The notes under the pieces: model-generated | Told to the model about the DNA's origin: nothing | Database searches by the model: none | What the model saw: the letters and a program-made list of their open reading frames with translations, nothing else | Program-made: the position numbers and the translations under genes | From: Verrucomicrobiota bacterium | Lineage (GTDB): Bacteria > Verrucomicrobiota > Verrucomicrobiia > Methylacidiphilales > JBCBYL01 | Assembly (NCBI GenBank): GCA_039815855.1 | Contig: JBCBYL010000001.1 | Coordinates: forward strand, 1 to 48,090 | DNA: 48,090 nucleotides | Direction: 5' to 3' | Shown: positions 45,054-48,090 of the stretch, piece by piece | How the letters are laid out: the number at the start of each line of letters is the position of its first letter | How positions within the stretch are numbered: the stretch's first letter is position 1

Positions 45054-46259
45054 TTACTCTTTGAGATCTGGATTGAGGGGGCCGAAATGTTTGAGCATGA
45101 CGATGGGATCCGTCTTCGAGGGGTTTTTAATTTGGACGCCTTGGATGGCAGTTGATTCAGAGACAAAATACTCGTCGTGGGTGAGTTGTCCAAAGCGGAT
45201 CATGCTTGGGGTTTCAATATCCCAGGCTCCCATTGTGCCGTGACCTTGCATCATGATCATGCCGTAGGCGGCACTGTCTTTGATGGTGACTGTTCTGCCT
45301 GGCAGCACGGTCAGCTCTTTAGCACTGTAGGCTTCATTGCGGTAGCAGATCCATTTGTCAATATATCCCAGACTTTCTGCCTCTTCAGCAGAGTGGAGTG
45401 GTTTTGGCTCCATGAAGTGGTCCTGGACAAAGTTGGGATTCACGTTCGCTTCCCAATCGATGACTTCCATCAGGTAATCATGGTCACCCATCCGGTTTTC
45501 AGGGGTATTGACCCAGAGCAGCTCCTCGGGAATCACCTGATGGTTAGTGACGGATTGATACATGGCAAAGATGTCAGAGGCTTTCTGCGGCTCGTAGGTG
45601 CAGAGGCTTCCCGGGGCATGGAGGATGCCCGGAGGCACGTCCCATCCGGTGCCGGGATCGAGACGGTACGCTTTGGATAGATTGGTGATCTTATTATCAC
45701 CCTTGGAGAAATTTTTCAGGCACTGAAGGACTTGCTCAGGTTCGGTACCCGGTTCGAATCCGAAAAAAGTATAGGGATAGTCGGCACCGTAGTTATTGAC
45801 TTGGGGTGGGAAGTAGTAGGCCTCCGGCTTCCCATTTTGATTGACCAGGGCCGCGTGTTCATCGCGATGGTGGATGTGATGGGGTAGGGGACCTTTGTTG
45901 TCGAAGAATTTAGAATACATGGGCCAACTTTCATATTCATTCCAGAGACGGTCCCCGATCAGCTGCCCCTTGAGGATAGCGACGGCATCTCGGAGGGTGA
46001 TCTGCTGATCCTCATAGACAACCTGGCTTAAGCCTTCGTCTTGACTGGTGAGCGGTCCATTCTGGGCGGGGGTGGTGGATGAGAACCACCGTTCGTCGAT
46101 GCCGCCTCGTTCGCCGCCAAAGGCATAATAGTCATCCGGGTGCAGTTTAATTCTCCTGCCGGGGATACAGAAAGAGCGTGGTACCCAGGTGGGAGCGAGA
46201 CGAAGGATTCCCTGGCCTTGGTCCAGGGCTTGATGGATGATTTGGTCTGGTGAGGGCAT
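45054..46259 (-). CDS. Cupin-fold protein, possibly a sugar isomerase (distant type-I PMI-like); function uncertain
   Basis: 401 aa with no signal peptide. It contains a conserved-looking N-terminal RLAPTWVPRSFCIPGRRIKL...GGERGGIDERWFSSTTPA and a C-terminal cupin-like MMQGHGTMG...DEYFVSESTA..GVQIKN. It sits between two Gfo/Idh/MocA genes. Confidence 0.4.
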   Translation of the reverse strand: MPSPDQIIHQALDQGQGILRLAPTWVPRSFCIPGRRIKLHPDDYYAFGGERGGIDERWFSSTTPAQNGPLTSQDEGLSQVVYEDQQITLRDAVAILKGQLIGDRLWNEYESWPMYSKFFDNKGPLPHHIHHRDEHAALVNQNGKPEAYYFPPQVNNYGADYPYTFFGFEPGTEPEQVLQCLKNFSKGDNKITNLSKAYRLDPGTGWDVPPGILHAPGSLCTYEPQKASDIFAMYQSVTNHQVIPEELLWVNTPENRMGDHDYLMEVIDWEANVNPNFVQDHFMEPKPLHSAEEAESLGYIDKWICYRNEAYSAKELTVLPGRTVTIKDSAAYGMIMMQGHGTMGAWDIETPSMIRFGQLTHDEYFVSESTAIQGVQIKNPSKTDPIVMLKHFGPLNPDLKE

Positions 46260-46277
46260 AGTCTCTGTGGATTTGAT

Positions 46278-47423
46278 TCAGATTGCAGGAATGTCTTTCC
46301 ATTGATTGGTTTTGGCTGATTCCAATACCGCTGCACAAACCGCATCGGTCGTTAAGCCGTCTTTAAAATTTGGATGAAATTCGGATTCGTTTTCTTCCAA
46401 GCTCTTCAAAAATCCGTACAGACAGTGGGTAAAGGAATGTTCGTAGCCGATGTTCAGGCCGGGGACCCACCACTTATCCATATAAGGGTGTTCTCCCTCG
46501 GTGACGTGGATGGAGCGCCAGCCCTTCAGATCGCCATCCGCATTATCAAAATACTCCAGGCGATGCAGGTCGTGCAGATCCCAAGCGAGGGAAGCGTCCC
46601 GGCCATTCATCTCGAAGGAATATTTCGCCTTATGGCCGCGAGCGTAGCGGGTGGATTCGAAGATCGCCATCGAACCGTTTTCAAAACGAGCGAGAAAGGC
46701 ACAGGCATCATCAATCCCGACAGCTTGCTTGGCTCCGGTTTCGTGGTGCACACGTTCTTTGACAAACGTTTCCGTCATCGCACTGACTGAGGTGATGGGG
46801 CCGTTCAGCCAGATTGCGGTATCGATGCAGTGCGCCAATAAATCGCCAGTCACCCCGCTACCGGAGGAATCGACATCCAGACGCCAGAGTCCTTCGCCGC
46901 CTTGGGGCAGGTCTTCACTGATCGTCCAGTCCTGAAGGAAATCGGCCCGGTAGTGGTAAATGCGCCCGAGCTTGCCAGCATCGACGAGCTGTTTGGCCAG
47001 AGTGACCGCGGGAATGAAACGGTAGTTGTACCAGACCAGGGTCTGGATTCCGGCCTTGTCTGCGGCGTCCTTTATTTCCCGACTCTCTTGCAGATTTCGA
47101 CCCAATGGTTTTTCGCAGAGAATCATCTTGCCCGCCTGAGCTGCCGCGATGGCGATTTCCTTGTGCATGTGGTTGGGAGCTGCGATATCGATGGCATCGA
47201 TGTCCGGTCGTTCGATCAGTTGGCGCCAATCCTGAGTGGTTTCCTCATAGCCCCAGTTCTTGGCAAAGGCTTCGACTCGTTCCTGGTTGCGTCCGCAAGC
47301 CACCTTCAACACTGGCTCATACTCACAGTCAAAGAAACGGTTCACCTGCCGATAGGCATTCGAATGAGCCCGTCCCATAAAGCCGTATCCGACGATTCCA
47401 ATATTCAAAGGTTTACTGGACAT
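46278..47423 (-). CDS. Gfo/Idh/MocA-family oxidoreductase (cytoplasmic)
   Basis: 381 aa. Rossmann motif is [19 protein letters not shown], the EKP motif is [10 protein letters not shown], and a C-terminal alpha/beta dimerisation domain is present. No signal peptide. Confidence 0.85.
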   Translation of the reverse strand: MSSKPLNIGIVGYGFMGRAHSNAYRQVNRFFDCEYEPVLKVACGRNQERVEAFAKNWGYEETTQDWRQLIERPDIDAIDIAAPNHMHKEIAIAAAQAGKMILCEKPLGRNLQESREIKDAADKAGIQTLVWYNYRFIPAVTLAKQLVDAGKLGRIYHYRADFLQDWTISEDLPQGGEGLWRLDVDSSGSGVTGDLLAHCIDTAIWLNGPITSVSAMTETFVKERVHHETGAKQAVGIDDACAFLARFENGSMAIFESTRYARGHKAKYSFEMNGRDASLAWDLHDLHRLEYFDNADGDLKGWRSIHVTEGEHPYMDKWWVPGLNIGYEHSFTHCLYGFLKSLEENESEFHPNFKDGLTTDAVCAAVLESAKTNQWKDIPAI

Positions 47424-47495
47424 GAGCGTATAAAAGTAGCATTTCCGCTACATGCCTTATAGGACGATTGTGCTCAGTTTTTGTATAATTTCGGC

Positions 47496-48089
47496 TTAGG
47501 CCTGATATCGCCTGCGGTATGACCCCGGAGTGGAATGGATCACATTGCGAAAGGTTCGGTTGAAATGACTTTGGTCGTAGAAGCCGCAATCGGAGGCGAT
47601 GCTGGCGATCGGCTGGTCTGATTCACTGAGGAGGCGACAAGCCTGTTGGATGCGGTAGCGGTTGATGTACTGCGCTGGTGTCATGTGGAAGGTTCTCTTG
47701 AAATTCCGCCCTAAGGCGCTGATGGAGAGGCCAGCAACCGATGCCAGTTCAGACGTGGAGAGCTCTTCGAAATAATGCTCATTGATGAAGCGGATGACTC
47801 TGCCTAGTGCGGGGTGTTGATGGGCGGTTGCGCCTTCCCGCTTGAATTCACGTGTGATCCCAGCGATGCCCCGGATCTGTTTATTGCGCGTATAGAGCGG
47901 CACTTTATTGGTAATATGCCATTTGAGCACGCCATCCATGGTGGTCACGAGTTCGATCTTATTGCGGATGTGTACCCCTCGATTCAGAATGGATTCATCG
48001 TCTTGGCGAAACATACTTTCCACATAGTCATCACAGTACTCGGTGTCGTATTTGCCGATAATTTCCGCCTTACGTTTGAGGCCGAACAT
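47496..48089 (-). CDS. AraC-family transcriptional regulator; the N-terminal end is probably outside the window
   Basis: The C-terminal AraC double HTH reads FINEHYFEELSTSELASVAGLSISALGRNFKRTFHMTPAQYINRYRIQQACRLL...IASDCGFYDQSHFNRTFRNVIHSTPGSYRRRY. The preceding PAS-like segment is cut by the window edge. The ATG at 48089 may be an internal Met. Confidence 0.8.
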   Translation of the reverse strand: MFGLKRKAEIIGKYDTEYCDDYVESMFRQDDESILNRGVHIRNKIELVTTMDGVLKWHITNKVPLYTRNKQIRGIAGITREFKREGATAHQHPALGRVIRFINEHYFEELSTSELASVAGLSISALGRNFKRTFHMTPAQYINRYRIQQACRLLSESDQPIASIASDCGFYDQSHFNRTFRNVIHSTPGSYRRRYQA

Positions 48090-48090
48090 A

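Noticed and set aside
45047-45193. N-terminal extension of the TAT-oxidoreductase ORF. Similar upstream extensions exist at 38146, 23409, 39985 and 10454.
   Set aside because: The extension overlaps the upstream gene and precedes a perfect MKTTTRRSFIK twin-arginine signal. In the other cases the extensions start at TTG or add non-signal residues before an obvious signal peptide. Internal ATG starts are preferred, but without experimental proof.
1-48090. tRNA, rRNA, tmRNA or riboswitch-like elements, and integrase or att sites
   Set aside because: No cloverleaf-like or otherwise conserved RNA structure could be recognised by eye in any intergenic region, and no integrase gene is present. Absence cannot be proven without tRNAscan or Infernal.

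Overview
The window is about 90 % coding and I saw no rRNA, tRNA or CRISPR array. It reads as a sulfated-glycan degradation super-locus. The host is probably a PVC-superphylum bacterium (Verrucomicrobiota, Kiritimatiellota or Planctomycetota-like). That is an inference from a PEP-CTERM/PATR surface protein, ECF-sigma/FecR pairs, DUF1080, TAT-exported Gfo/Idh/MocA enzymes and a very high sulfatase density.

Gene content, left to right:
(1) An AraC regulator divergent from an operon of an AraA-like sugar isomerase, two tandem GH106-like hydrolases, a sulfatase and an FAD-oxidoreductase lipoprotein.
(2) An ECF sigma/FecR anti-sigma pair divergent from a 1717-aa secreted multidomain glycan-active protein, followed by a PEP-CTERM protein.
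(3) A PhoD-like phosphatase, a sulfatase, a ThuA-like protein and an esterase.
(4) A second ECF sigma with a FecR-LamG anti-sigma, heading a GH116-like hydrolase and a run of five more sulfatase genes.
(5) On the minus strand, AraC, then Gfo/Idh/MocA, a cupin-like protein, a TAT-exported Gfo/Idh/MocA and DUF1080. This looks like an oxidative 3-keto-glycoside module.

All seven sulfatases carry the Cys-type C-x-(P/A)-x-R formylglycine motif. No maturase, TonB-dependent receptor or SusC/D pair is present in the window.

Structure not explained by the gene list:
- A 28-bp repeat family occurs four times. Two copies form an inverted pair around a dead Y1 (RayT/IS200-like) transposase stub. Two solo copies sit exactly at remodelled gene 3' ends.
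- There are clear scars of sulfatase-cassette turnover: a duplicated stop/start junction flanking an inserted hydrolase gene, orphan 5' and 3' sulfatase stubs, and a 2-bp (AC)n slip that disconnects one sulfatase from its signal peptide.
- The most promising candidate system is receptor-less ECF/anti-sigma glycan sensing coupled to the sulfatase and glycoside-hydrolase arrays, plus the periplasmic oxidative glycoside-cleavage module.

All family calls come from motif recognition by eye. No database search was run.
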